A DNA stretch of 63,762 bases, the filler included, from Octopus bimaculoides (lineage: Eukaryota): NCBI RefSeq assembly GCF_001194135.2. It is 4 parts of 4 records of this genome, joined end to end, with 100 filler letters (N's around TTAATTAATTAA, not from the genome) between each part and the next. Parts side by side here need not be neighbours in the genome. Positions count along the whole stretch, not along the records: positions 38,703 to 62,223 come from NC_068991.1; 3 more parts are not named here. One strand, given 5' to 3'. Under the pieces are notes generated by a model. It saw only the letters and a list, made by a program, of their open reading frames with translations. It made no database searches and was not told the origin of the DNA. Each line of letters opens with the position of its first letter. The stretch's first letter is position 1. A program made the translations under genes and the position numbers. Below, one piece after another: positions 39,015 to 53,700 of the stretch.

Positions 39015-39810
39015 TTTGGAATAATCAATTTCAAAGACTGTTACATTTTACTCATAGGGTATTGTAATCTTAATAATGGATTTACAAATGCAATGACCAA
39101 TTTTAAAGACTATTGGATTTTACTCACAAGCTATTGGAATCTTATATGTATACCATTCTGCCTAAACAATGGATTTAGAAATACAATATCCCTGCTTATC
39201 TCACATCTATTTTCTTTCCTCCAGTTCACTCTCTATTTCCTATCTTATCTAAATTAACTATTGCTTAACCATCCTCTCACACCGTCTCCTTCCCCACTAT
39301 AAAAAAATTATCAAGAACAGGCGGTACTTGAAAAAAAAAAAAGAAGGAATTACCACAAAAATAGCTGGTCATAGCTTTCGCATGTGTGGGACTTCCGATC
39401 AGGCGATGGCAATTCTCGAACACGAGTTTTCAGCCATCATATTTGTGATGTGACCTACTTTTAGGTCACTTTAAACAGAACCCTTGAATCAATAACACTG
39501 TGTATAAACTCTGTATTTGGAATAACCAATTTCAAAGACTGTTAGATTTTACTCTTAGGGTATTGGAATCTTAATAATGGATTTACAAATGCAATGACCA
39601 ATCTTAAAGACTATTGGATTTTACTCACAAGTTTTTGGAATCTTATATGTATACCATTCTGCCTAAACAATGGATTTACAAATACAATATCCCTGCATTC
39701 ACTTTCTATTTCCTATCTTATCTATATTAACTATTGCTTAATCATCCTCTGACACCGTCTCCGATGAAGGGATATAATAAATATCCTGGAAACAGCTGTA
39801 AGACCTATTT
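39015..39810 (+). mobile_element. Penelope-like element terminal repeats (partial tandem copies)
   Basis: Direct repeats 39015-39288 and 39516-39762; the second continues into a hammerhead-ribozyme motif. Partial tandem repeats plus a hammerhead are characteristic of Penelope-like elements. No PLE ORF was recognised. Confidence 0.55.
39757..39805 (+). ncRNA. Minimal type I hammerhead ribozyme motif (Penelope-type, palindromic stem III)
   Basis: Stem I GTCT(39757-60)/AGAC(39802-05); core CCGATGA(39761-67); stem II GGGATAT/ATATCCT; GAAA(39790-93); palindromic ACAGCTGT; predicted cleavage after GTA(39801). Confidence 0.65.
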
Positions 39811-40056
39811 ATAAATGTTCTAAAACATACACAGCTTTGTTTTTTTTTTATCTCATTACGAAAAGTAAATCCTTATATACACACGCTGATATATGACCTA
39901 CGTTGGACCACTTATTCACATAATCACCGAACCTGGAGCCTAACTATAGTCTATCCATAGCACTTATTCAGCATTACCTGAAACCTCTGGGTCTAATTGT
40001 CACCACTACCGCTCATAACCTCCATTTCTCGCTATTTAAGCACTTATCTATGGATG

Positions 40057-40122
<66 letters not shown>

Positions 40123-41999
40123 CGTGCTTGTGTGTGTGCGTGTGTGAATGTAAAGTATGCAAACAAGCATCGGCATAACTTGTAGGCTGCACAAATGCTG
40201 CACACACATAAACACACACCGATATACATCTAACCATCCATCCATCCATCTATCCATGCATGCATGCATACATACATACATACATACATACATACATGCA
40301 TACATACATAATAAAAATACGCATAGTGAAGATCACTTCTTGAATTGTAGAATTCACATTACAAAGCCGACAATTGTTTCTATCGTATTAACATATTTAG
40401 ATGTAGAAAAATATCATTGAAATTATTATTTCCGAAAATACATGCTAACACAACGTTTTTAAGGCGATTCAAAATTAGTTGAATTGAAAGTGAACTAAGG
40501 AAATGTTTCCAGTGCACGAACGCCAACAAAAAGAACGTTAAGAAGAAATATAATCTATTTGGATCTGCTTGTCCTATATGAGGAATTACCTTGGATGTAT
40601 ATTCTATTCGCATTTATTGGTGTCCGATTGTTGGATATAGTTAATCAAATTCGCTTAAAACTGAGTATTTTATTGATATCTGCCTGGGTATTTAAATCCC
40701 TTTTTTCTTCTTAGTACATACATACATATATACTTACGAGTTATGCCGATGCATGTTTGCATGTTTTACATTCATATGCTTGTCAGTGCACATATATAAA
40801 TGCGTACGCGTGGAATGGCTTATATGTTGTACATAAAGTGAGTTTAAATGTAGAAGTTGTTCAGTAATAGTTTTTCGAAACCGTAAAAGGATTTACGGGT
40901 ATCGGCAAATACGAATTTTTACACTGATTCGTCTATATGTAATATATATCCCTGTGTATATATGTAATATATATATATATGTATNNNNNNNNNNNNNNNN
41001 NNNNNNNNNNNNNNNNNNNNNNNNNNNNNNNTATATATATATACCTGTTTTATATGTGTGTGTATGTGTACATATATACCGAGAGAAAGAGAGAGATGGA
41101 GAGAGAGAAAGTGACAGAGGAGAAAAGAGAGTTCTATACACACATATATCTGGATGCATACATATCTGTCTGTTTATGCTCGAGATAATGTATGCGTTTG
41201 TGAAAATACGAGAGCTTATGCATTTCTGCGTTTCTAAACCCATGAAATTAAATGTAATTACATGTATATGTGTAAATTCTTTTATAATTTTTTCGAATTT
41301 TTATATCCGTTTGCATGGAAGAATTCTGGACTCCCCTCTATTGATATATAGACATACATGCGTATACATACGTACAAATATGGAAACACACATAGACATT
41401 AATATGCATATATATATATATATATACATGTGGATACACACACGCACATTCACATGTACACCCACAAATATATATTCGATATATGCCCGTGTGTCTGTGA
41501 GTGTATGAAAATTCGACTGTGTAGATGTGCGGGGATAAATGTATGCATTAGTGCATATAAATAATTGATAAGCGTTGCCTCAGCTAACTAGTAGGACCTG
41601 GGGAATTAATGAGCAGAAACCGGTAAGACAGACAATGAAGAAATAGCTGAACAACGAAACTATATGTGCATGTTTGTGTGTTGTGTGTGTGTGCGCGCGC
41701 GCATGTGAAACTGAATACTAAAGCAGAAGACCTAAATAGTAAATGAATAAATGCATACAAACATATTCATACTAATGAATATGGGTATACACACATTCCC
41801 GTACGTACATTCGTGATAAACACCCACCCACACGCGCACACGTATATGCACTTATACATGCATACATATAACTGAATATACACAAAAATAATCAATAACA
41901 GTACAAAACAAAGAGAATGGTACAAATAAACTAGGATATGCATATGCACATACATATATTTACGCATGTACAAATGTAAGTATGTATGTACGTATGAAG

Positions 42000-42066
<67 letters not shown>

Positions 42067-43259
42067 AAGAGTGAGAGAGAGAGAAAGAGAGGGCGATATT
42101 ATGTATATAGGTATACATACATATAAATATATATATATATACATGTATATATAAATAAATATATATACACTCTCATCTCTCTCTCTCTCTACACACACAC
42201 ATGATGTTCCTGTTATGTAACTCCTGCATCGATCTTCCTGTGACTGTCTAAGAGAAGTGCACTCGGATGTCAATTCTATGACCCGGGCCTACCCTGTTAC
42301 TGTTTCCGATCTTTTGATGATAGCCGATTGACCTCAAGTGTAAAGTGTGGAACCAGTACAACATACACATTGTAATACACGTAAATTAGATATATTTTGT
42401 GTCCCATCAAACATGCTTTCGTCTATCTACCTTCTTCGACCAGACATCACCTCAGCAGTGATGGAAATTAGACAAATGGCAATTGGCACATGAGACTGAA
42501 GATCATGACTCTGATCTCACATAAACGATGTTAGGCGTATGGGTAGATTGATACTGTTACCAGAGATAATAGTAGCATTCGGGTGCACAAGTCCATTATT
42601 GTCACGGCATACTGCTGTGAAACTGCGGTACTTCTTTCATGGTAGACCCTTAAGGACGTATTGTGTTTAAAAAACACAGTATATCTCAAAGCTAAGCGAA
42701 ACAAAATCGTCCCGTAGGTGAAAGTGACAGATATCAATATTTCGCAGTCATTTTCACTGCTCAGTGCTACACAGTTATGCCCCACTGAAACAACCTACCT
42801 CGGCCAGTTAGAAATATTTATACAAATAGCGTAAAAGTTATTTGCTGATGTGCATATGAGTCGCACAAAGAATCAACTAATGTTAATTCCGTCTTTCATA
42901 TTTCCTTTTTCGATATTCGAAGATCCACTTAAAAACCTGTCGCAGACTGCTTTAACTATACTTAACCATCACCAAAGTTTTCGTTTTGTGCCAATATTAG
43001 AACTCAATATTTATAATGTATAAAGGTGACGAGCTAGCAGTATCATTGAAGCGTTATAAAGATAACGACTTTGTTGTGTTTCTTCCATCTCTTTATACTG
43101 TGAGCTCAAATTTCTCCGTGGTCAACACTGCCTTTCATCCCACTGGGATCGATAAAATCAAGTACCAGTCAGTTGCTGAGACCGACGCAATCGACTAACC
43201 ACTTCTAAATGTAAGGCATCCTGCCTACATTAGAAAATATTTCTGGTGTATAATCATTT

Positions 43260-44360
43260 TTATTATTATGGTTTGGCTCAGGTTCGGTCTTATTCCTAGT
43301 AGGAATTATGTGGGTAGAGGGTTACTTCCTTTAACCTTAGGTACCACAAGTTTTCAGCAGTCTTTCAAGTGCTTAGAACGCTCCTGCTAATCCTTGCAAT
43401 CCTTAAGAGACAAACTTTCAGTAAGAGCTCAGCCGGGCATTCTATTTCAACCCCCTTCAGCCATTTGTCTACATCTTTGCTTACTGTTCCCAACGCACCA
43501 ATTATTATAGGCATGACATTTACCGTTCTCATGCTCCAAATTCTTATTTCAAATGATAAGGGTTTGCATTTTTCGTTTTGTTTTTCTCCCTCTTTCTTTT
43601 CGATACTGGAATCAAACGAACATGATGGGTCGATGAGTACGCAGTTTCGCTTTTCTTTATCTATAATTGTTATATCCAGTCTATTATTTTCTAACTTCTT
43701 ATGCGTTTGAATAAGGAAGTCAGACAAAATCTTACATTTCTCCGACTCTAACCCTCTTTCGACTCGATGATTGTACCATATGTTTCCAGCTTCAAATCCC
43801 CATTTCTGGCACAGTAAGCAGCGTAAAACTTTTGCAGTCTAATTGTGCCTCCATTTCTTATATTCTTCATTTGCCAACTTGGGGCATTCTGTCACAATGT
43901 ATGCCACTGTCTCGTTCCAAGCTCCACAGGCTCTACATTTTCCTGACACATTCTCTCCATATATACTTTTTCTCAAGTTTTTTTTCATCTCTTGATCTTA
44001 GGCTGCTACAACTACAGTCTCTGTTTCTTTTTTTAATGGCACCCTTTTTAACCAAGTCCAGGATTTTGTTCCACATACGTCTTCAGTGGCTCTCCAAAGT
44101 TGATCATGTAGAGGTTACACTTCGATCTGTCAGACGTACTCTCTTTGTATTGGGTCATCCCATAAATAATGCGGTTTGTTAATACTTCTTCTATTTTTAA
44201 TATGAAATATATTTTCCTTCATTTTCTACAATTCTCTTCCATCTATCTGGTAGACTTGCAAGGTCCCTCTTCCAAAACCCACTTGTCGGTGACGAAAAAT
44301 ACTCCTCCAGCACTGTTTTGACCACGTCTACAGAATTCATATTTTTTCCGTCTAAATGAT
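43260..44360 (-). pseudogene. Decayed 3' part of an R4/Dong-clade retrotransposon (zinc knuckle plus restriction-like endonuclease)
   Basis: Minus-strand peptides CRACGAWNETVAYIVTECPKLANEEY, DFLIQTHKKLENNRLDITIIDKEKRNCVLID and MPIIIGALGTVSKDVDKWL; ends in a short (AAT)3 tail at ~43260. Confidence 0.8.
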
Positions 44361-44690
44361 TTTGAAGACTCCGGAATAAATGATAATCAGGTGGGGGAAA
44401 TGTGTGGCGAATATGGTGGGTGGGGCATCGTTTCCATTCAGACGTATGCTATTGTGGTTACAGCACAAACATATACACACACACACCACACACACACATA
44501 CACACATACACACACCCATACACAAATACACGCACACATACACACATATTTAAGGCGTAGGCGTGGCCCTGTGTTAAGATGTTTGATTGCCAACTGCGTG
44601 GTCCAAGTTTAGTCCCACTAGACCAAAGTGCTAGTGTCTTCTAGTATGACTCTGGGCTGACCAACGCCTTGTGAGTGGATTTCATATACG

Positions 44691-44728
<38 letters not shown>

Positions 44729-45447
44729 AAAGAAAAAATCTATTGTAAATGAACAATGACAGGGTAAAAAACGTACAATGCATACTGAGTATATTTATAT
44801 ATGTGTGCGTATATGTATATGTATGTATACAACTATAAGTGTGTGTATGTATATAAATATATATGTGCGTGAGTGTGTATGTGTCTGGCTGTGTGTACTT
44901 GTACGTTATGTACGTATATATGTATACAATTCTGCATGTATTACATAAGATTAAAAAAAATGATGCTGGTAAGTGACAGGTAATTCAGAAGTCATGAAGC
45001 ATCCAATAGAAATATATTGATCTAGCCCCGTTCCGAATATATAGTTGCAATGTTTGGAAATATCAAATAACCAGAGCGATCGGCAGGAAGCTTGAAATCG
45101 TTGGCGGGCAGATAAGTAGAGAAGTAGGGTTGATAGACAGAAAGCACGAAAGAAAATGAATATGGTAAGTAGGAGGAAAACAAATCGGGATATAGAATGA
45201 GTGGGAGGATAAAATGGAACAAAAAGCAAAGACAGGTAAAATATTAAAATATATATATATATTGATGAGAAAATATTCATGAATGAAGATTTTAAAAAAT
45301 GAGGTAGGTAAAGAAAGACGATAGACAAAGAAGCAGGAAAAGAAAAGACGAAAAGAAAGATGAAAAGCAAAATGTCTACAAAAAGAAAAAAGAAACATGG
45401 ACTGAAAGACAAAAAAGTGAGCTGAGGAAATAAGTAAAAATTAGAAT

Positions 45448-45479
<32 letters not shown>

Positions 45480-46093
45480 CTACTACTACTACTACTACTA
45501 TTACTAGTAGTAGTAGTAGTAGTAGTAGTTGTAGTAGACAAAGAATCGTTCCCAAAAAGTGCTTCAAGGATTGGATGTCAAAACGAAAATAGATGTACCC
45601 GATATGCCTCTAGTTCTGGTGCAAGCCATGAAGTTTGTGGGTTATGGTGTTAGTGGATAAAATCAATCCAGCACTTGACTGATACTTTATTCAATCTCGG
45701 ACGCAGGAGGATAGTTGTGAAAATAGTTTAGAAGATCGGGTAAAATACATTTACAGACGGAAAATTTTCTTCGTGTTCAAAATTTCCTTCATTTTTAAAA
45801 TACCAACCACTTAACGCTTCAATGTTCCTTTATAAAAATGTTCTCACATCCGAAAAGCCAATAGCGTTATAAAAAGGTTGTGACCGTTTCCAGGAATCAT
45901 TTAGTTCAATGGAAAGAGCACTCGGTCTTTGTAACAGCTTTCAGAACATTTTTTTCCGTCTATAAGGGTATTTTAATCGTTCCTCTGTTTCCGCAGCTAT
46001 TCCCCTTCATTCGAGATTTCCTTCATTTCTAAAATACCAGTCTCTCTCAATGCTTCGATAGTTGTTTATAAAAATGTTCTCTCTCTCTCTCTA

Positions 46094-46158
<65 letters not shown>

Positions 46159-46409
46159 TCCGGGAAAGATGGTTCTTGCTAAACAGATGATCAAATGTTT
46201 ACGCTGCACATTTGATAACTCTTTTCATCAAATCGACATTATGTGTAGAGTTGCACGATGTGCTACACGTTAGATTTTGAAGTGATCACGGAGAAACGTG
46301 AAATCAAGTGTTTTGCTCAAAAACAAACGCACCCGTCCGGGAATCGAACACACGGTCACGCGATCGTGAATGCAATATCCTAGTCAAGCGCCCTCGATAT
46401 ATACCAAAC

Positions 46410-46800
46410 GGATTTTATACGCTAGTGAGACGTAAGCTACTACGAAGAGGGAAGAAAATCGATTGGCTACGATGCAAAAGGCCATAGAAAGATCTATGCT
46501 AAGAATAACATTTCGAGATCATATCCGAAATGAGATAATTCGAGAACGGAGCGGAGTGAACCACGTGATAGCAGAAATCAGAAAACACAAGTTCTGCTGG
46601 CTTCGACATGTCGCACGGTTCAGGGACAACAGGAGGACTGCTGTAGTTGCTGAGTGGTATCAAAGAGATCGGGAAAGACGGCCACTCGGAAGTCCTCTAT
46701 GACGATGGGAAGACGATTTAGTTAAACGATTTGGGGCCAAGATGAAAAAAGGAGCAATCAAGAAAGAATTGGAAACGTATTGTGAGCAGCGATGTGTAAC
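46410..46800 (+). pseudogene. 3' fragment of an RTE-clade LINE
   Basis: ILYASET*ATTKREENRLATMQKAIERSMLRITFRDHIRNEIIRERSGV...IRKHKFCWLRHVARFRDNRRT...RPLGSPL*RWEDDL is the typical RTE post-RT region, here with stops. Confidence 0.8.
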
Positions 46801-47088
46801 AACATCCAGTAATCTGGTATGATACAAGGATACAGTGGTATATATATATATATATATATNNNNNNNNNNNNNNNNNNNNNNNNNNNNNNNNNNNNNNNNN
46901 NNNNNNNNNNNNNNNNNNNNNNNNNNNNNNNNNNNNNNNNNNNNNNNNNNNNNNNNNNNNNNNNNNNNNNNNNNNTAAATATATAAATACATACGTACAT
47001 ATATATATATATGTGTGTATGTGTGTGTATACATATAATATAAATATATGTGTGTGTGTGTATGTGTGCATACATATATTTTATATAT

Positions 47089-47119
<31 letters not shown>

Positions 47120-47149
47120 GCAAAGGAGCACGTCTGTAAACTGAGAAAT

Positions 47150-47910
47150 ATGGACGTCAGAGCTACCGGCATTTAACAAGACCATATCTCACAATGCTTT
47201 GGAGTACCAGTACTGATATTTGGGATATTGAACTGGACATTTAAACGGGATCTGCAGTCTGGATATCAAGACTAAAGATGTACTGACATCATCTGGCAAC
47301 TTTCACATCCACAGCGACACCAATACGATCTTTGCGAGACGAAGTAATGGCGGTAGAGGTATAAGGTCAGTCCAAACAGCCTTTGAATGCTGCACTGTAT
47401 TACTCAAACGACACCTACTGATAAGTAAAAAAAAGAAATGAGTACATTACATGCATATTCAAAAGTGAGAGTAACAACAGCTTTAGAGTTGGAGAAAAAT
47501 TACTGAGCCGGTACTCTGAGAATACAACTGCCACATGAAACCCAAAGGAGGTTGGACTGACCTACCTACACAGAAGGTTAGAGGAGAAGCAGGCATCATA
47601 CTTGTAAAAAGCAATTCATGGGTACATATTCCATAAGCTACAAGATAACAACAGCATTGACAAGAATAGTAACCTCTCATGAACCTCTGGTGGATCCATT
47701 GCATTCAACCCAGGAACAGGAGATAGCTTCTAAATACCCGATAAACAGAAGAGACAAAGATATCCCCAAACCTCCACATTGTGATAGAAAATGGGGCTCT
47801 GATATACCAGTGTAGAAGATATCATCCTCATCATCAGCAGCTGTTGATGATGTGAATGATATCAAGGCGTAACATATACTAACATTTTGGGTCTTAAACG
47901 AGACAGTATA
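47150..47910 (+). pseudogene. Decayed internal fragment of an R4/Dong-like retrotransposon
   Basis: Peptide LDIKTKDVLTSSGNFHIHSDTNTIFARRSNGGRGIRSV corresponds to the LHPKSDTDRLYVPRKRMGRGL region of the element at 50754-54298. Confidence 0.6.
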
Positions 47911-50682
47911 AAAAAATTGAACCATTTTTTATATTATTTTCCGGCTCTTTACGTTCTGAGTTTAAATTTCATTGATGTCGACTTTGTCGTGAGTCCTTTT
48001 GTATCAGTCAAAACCTGGGGTCAATCAGCTTGCCTCCTCCTCTAAAAATATTTGAAGGGATTATTAGTTTTATTATTTTCTGTCGTAAGCTTTGTTCCAC
48101 ACTTGAAAATACAGATGTGGTATGAGATAGCAACACAATGTTTACTAAGGATCTGCCCTGAAGATTCACTTTTTGTTTTCCTACATTTTGCCGTAATCTA
48201 GCAATAGCTAGGCCCTTAGATTACCGAATTTAATAGATTCAACTGTACAGACTCACTGTTTTGCTTAGTGTGTGAATGTGTTTTATATGTAACTGTATGT
48301 GGGTGGGTGTTCTTCACGCAGCTGGTGTTTATCTTCCGTTTGTGTGACCTTTAAACGGGTTGAAGACGAATATTAATTTCGAAACGAACGCCATTCTATC
48401 CATCCAGACAATTTATCTTTTTCCCCAGGTAAAAAAAAAAAAAAAAGGGAAAAGAAAAAACAGAGCTCAGCGCTACACGATGATTATTTCCAGTGTTTCC
48501 ATGTTTGAAGTGGATCTTAATTGATATTCCAAAGGCGTAACTTCCTGTTTGTTCTTCAATATTCTGTTGTTTCCAGATAATCGGTTTACTTTGTTTCTGG
48601 TGGCTCGAATGGAGAAAGGTGTTCCTTTATCTGCTATAACCTGGAGGCGTTACCATAGCTAGTGTTACTTGTATACTTACAGTTATTGCCTTCTTAGAAT
48701 TGGTAGTCGTGAGCGTATTTGTTGTAATACTTTTGGCAATGTTGCTGGAGGACACGAAACTAAAACCATAATGCCAGGAAAATCAATATTCAGCCATATT
48801 AATATCGGCTGATTGAAGAAGTAATTAAGTATTTTCACGGTAATTCCTGGTCCCCAGTTTTCATTTTATCGCTTTTGTTCTGCGTCTATTTGTCTGTTTC
48901 TCTCTCACCACGCATATTATTTATATCTATCTATATTTATATCTATTTACATGTATACATGCATACACACACAGAGAAACATATATACACTCGCACACAT
49001 AGATGCATACATGTCAATCTATGACTCCTTTTCTATGTATCTCTATATGTATATACACATACACGTGTGCGCACACACTCATTCAAACACACGCACATAC
49101 ATACACACACTCATACACACACATGTATATAAACTTTTCTTCACACCGTACATCTTCCCAGCGAACATACACTCTCTTTATCTACCTATTTCTCAATCTA
49201 TCACTTTACCTACCGATCTTTGTATTTATTCACTTGTTTGTGCTTTCATATGTATGCTCATCTCTATCTGTATATGTATCTATCTCTTTATCTCTCTCTT
49301 TCTCTTCACCATTTGTCTGTCTGCCAGTCACTCTACTTCACTCTCTATTACTGAATTAATTTCTGTCAATCCATAAATCATTCAATTAGTACTAATTTTC
49401 TGAAATTCTACTAATAAACATTACTAATTTTGAAACTAGAAATATTCATTAAGAAATTTCTAGTCTTTCCTAAGTTCTTTAGTCCAATGTTAACATCCAC
49501 CAGGAAGGGTCGAACTGTTTTAGAGTTCTCCACGAGCTGTGAGGAAAATAATCTCTATACGCAAGATTATAGACTGGTAGTGATGTTTAAGGGGAAGAAA
49601 AATACCTGTTTGAGGTAGATATAAAGTGGAAATGTAGTATAAGAAACAAGTCTTAGCTCGTTCGAATAAGATCAAACAAGAATTATATCCTCATAGAATA
49701 ACACCTTCGTATTAAATTCGCAGCACATTACTGCACCAACAGCTTGACCAATCTATATGGAACTTATTCTGCTGCTTAATTTTATTGTTTATTATCTATC
49801 TTTTGACATAGTTCATCACTGTAAACTGTCCTCTAGACATGTCTATTTAGGTTCATCTTATTTTTTTCTGCTCTTTGCCTGCAAGATTCAGCTGCTAATA
49901 ATACTCACCTAATCAGAAAGAAAAGTCAAGATTGGTGATACACGTCTCATGTTTTTTATTTATTTATCATTTATATCTATAATAAACTGAATGAAGACAT
50001 GCTCTCATGAATACTCAATAATGTGTAAATTCACTTTCAGTCGATCATACATCAGATGCTTTTGAGGTCTTCAGTTTAAGCTACTCAATAATATTTATGT
50101 AGCGTTTCAGTTAGTTATTTCACAGATATAGACGAGATCCACTCATAGAACTATGCGATGTAAGCATTTAATAATTTCGAATAAATTAACAAGGCCACAC
50201 AGCAGGAAAAAGTCAATAAAATTCCTCCGTATGGGGAAGCAAAACAGTGGGCTATATCGAATGCATTAGCTGTCTAGTCCTTTATTTTATTGATCCTAGA
50301 GGATTAGAAAGTAAACAGTGATTTTGGTGTGATTTGAGCTAATAATAATAATAATAATAATAATAATGTTTTGTCGCGGTATAATGTTTTGTCGTATTAT
50401 AATGTTTTGTCTTGGTATAAAAGATGGGCTACAGCAAATATTCTGCTCAATACCACAGATTTGCTTGTCAGTTGTTTCTCCTTAACCAGTTGAGCATGTC
50501 CCTTAGTGGCTGACGATATGTGCATCTATGATCACGAGCAGAAGTAGTGGCGTAGCATCATAGCCATGTGCTGAGAGGAATTCTTTGTGGTTTGGATAAT
50601 TCACCTTTCGAAACATAGGTGTTTCGTGCAACATCCTTAAACAAACCTTATTCAGGGACCTTTTTTGCGGGATGGGATAATA

Positions 50683-50753
<71 letters not shown>

Positions 50754-50757
<4 letters not shown>

Positions 50758-53700
50758 TACTGGTAATTGCGCAACCTGATAATCGCTACCTCATATGAGT
50801 GACAATGAAAAGACAAAATATTGTGAATAACGGTGGTAATGAAACTGAAGCCAATGATGGTGACAGTGTTACACCCAGTAAGGTCAGAGATTCTAGTCTG
50901 GCTCCAGCCTGTCGATATTCAGAAAGGGACCACCACACACGGCGTAGATGGAGCAAACAAATTAATGCTGTGGTCATGGAGTTTTACTACCTGAGCAGCC
51001 TGGTAGATGAAAATGGTGCTCAAATTAGGGGTTACCGACAACGTATGTATGATCATTGGAAAGAAAAGGGATTGTTTCAACTCACGGAACAGAGATTATG
51101 TGATCAAGCTAGAAGAATAAGAAAACATTGATGGCTCACAGAAGTAGAGCTCGAAGCTATCAAAAGACGGTTCATGGACAATAGCAGCATAGATAACAAT
51201 GAAAATGCAGTTCTTACTAATAAGAGTAATCTCATAGCACAAGAAAGGAGCAGTAGGAGTTTACTTGATGAGAGACATATGGATGATCTAAAAGAAGACG
51301 ATAAAACTAATAGCGACATGACAGACGAACAAAAAGCAATCTACGACAGAATAAAGGTAAGACTACAGGAGAAAGATAGCGACATTATTTGCAACCTTAA
51401 AAAGGTTGATCGATGGAAATTGAAGCAAGAAACGAAAAATGTCAATGAAATTCTGAAATACATCAGAACAAACAGCATCACTGAAACAAATAATTTGATC
51501 AAAACAGCAAGTATTGTTGTAGCAGAAAATGTGGGTGTCGATATCGAGAAAAAGAAACACAATGGGAGTGACAAAAGAAAAGATCCATAGTGGAAAAGAA
51601 GAATCCAGGCAGGGTTAGACATGCACGCGAAAGAAATCTCTGTGTTAAACCGAAAAGAGAAAGGGGAAATTACAGGGCACTGAAAAGGAAGTATAATATT
51701 GAAAGAAAGGGCCTGAAAGTAGTAGTGGGGAATTGAAACAGCGCCTCGTTGCAGAGAAAGCAAAAATGGTAAAATACGACCAAAGAATCAAGGGTTACCA
51801 GGTTACCACCAGAATAGGTTATTCAAAGTAGATCAGAAGAGATTCTATAAAGAAATAAATGGAGGGTGTATAGATGAAAAGTTGATACCAGATAACATTG
51901 AAAGTCAAGGTTTTGGACTGACATCTGGAGTAAAGACAAGGAGCACAAGAAGGATGCTGAATGGTTGCAAGAATTGAAACAAACAGTAGTCTGTCCAAAA
52001 CAGGCAGAACTAGTCATTTTAGTTAGGGAAGTGAAGGAAATCAGCAAAAAAATGAGCAACTGGAAGGCCCCGGGACCAGATGGAATTCAAGGCTACAGGA
52101 TCAAAAGATTTGGCGAATGTCACGCACGAATAGCTGCGCAACTCAACACCTTATTAAATGCCGACCGAGCTACACCAGAGCGGTTGACATTGGGTAGGAC
52201 AGTGCTGTGCCTGAAAAACATCGAAAAAGGCAATACTGTAGACAATTACAGGCCGGTATCCTGTTTGCCACTTATGTGGAAGTTATTGACTGGAATACTC
52301 GCAGAGTCAATGTACGAACATCTGGAAAAAACATGGAGTCCTGCCACTTGAGCAGAAGGGTTGCAAGTGTAAGTGCAGAGGTACCAAAGATCAACTCTTG
52401 ATAGATAAGACTGTACTTAAAGACTGCAAGAGAAGGAAAAGTAACTTAGTAACTCATGGATCGACACCGTAAGGAGTACGATATGATCCCACATTCTTGG
52501 ATTATGAAGTGTATGAACCTGTTTGGGATTGCATCGAATGTTGAGTGATTTCTTGGAAAAAGTTGGAGGGCGAGTTGGAGGGCGGACCTGACAGCATACG
52601 GAAGAAATTTAGGGACAGCAGAAATTAGGAGGGGCAACTTCCAAGGGGACTGCCTGTCCCCACTGATCTTTGTACTGTACTTGATACCACTGACACAGAT
52701 TCTGAGGAAAGCAAAAGCTGGGTATGTATTCAAAAGCTGCCAACAAAAAGTCAACCATTTGTTGTTCATGGATGACCTCAAACTTTATGGTAAAGATGAA
52801 GCCCAAGTCAGTTCCCTCGTTGATACGGTGTATACTTCCAGTGCTGATATCAGAATGGAGTTCAGACTGAGAAAGTGCGGTGTGTTAGTATTGAAGAGAG
52901 GCAAAATCAAATGTATGGATAGACAAACGATACCGTCGAGGGAGGTTATGAAACTGATAGAAGAGACGGGTTATAAGTACTTGGGGATTTTGGAAATGGA
53001 TAAATTGATGGAGACAGAAATGACAGAAAAATTTTAGGTGGAGTACTTGCGCAGACTGAGACTGTTCCTTAAGTCGAAATTAAACGGATGGCATGAGATC
53101 GAAGTTATCATCGCCTGGGCGGTTTCACTCCTTAGATATGGAGCAGGGGTAATCGCATGGACAGTAGACAAACTAAACAGCTTAAACAAAGAAACAAAGA
53201 ATTTGCTTACTAGATATGGGTCACTCCATCCAAAAAGTGATACAGACAGACTGTATGTACCAAGAAAAAGAATGGGAAGAGGACTTATTGGATGCGTAAA
53301 CAGCATTAGAGCAAAAGAAAACAACATAGCATGGTATGTAAAAATGACACAGGACCGCTATTACTAGAAGTAAGAAGGTCAGGCTTGTGTAGGATGAAAG
53401 ATTGCAAAGATAAAGCACTGTACAAGCAATTGAAAACGAATGAAACTAAAAATAGGTGGGTAAAGAAAAGAATGCATGGACAATTTCATAGGAATGTTGA
53501 AGATAAGACAGACAGAGAAAAACGATGGCTGTGGATGACTAAAAGTGATTTAAAACCGGAAACGGAGGCTCTAATCTGTGCTGCCCAAGAGCAAGCACTA
53601 TGAACAAACTACATAAAATACAGAATAGACTGCACATCAGAAAGTGACAAGTGCAGAAACTGTGGACAAAACGGTGAAACTGTATGGCATATTACCAGCC

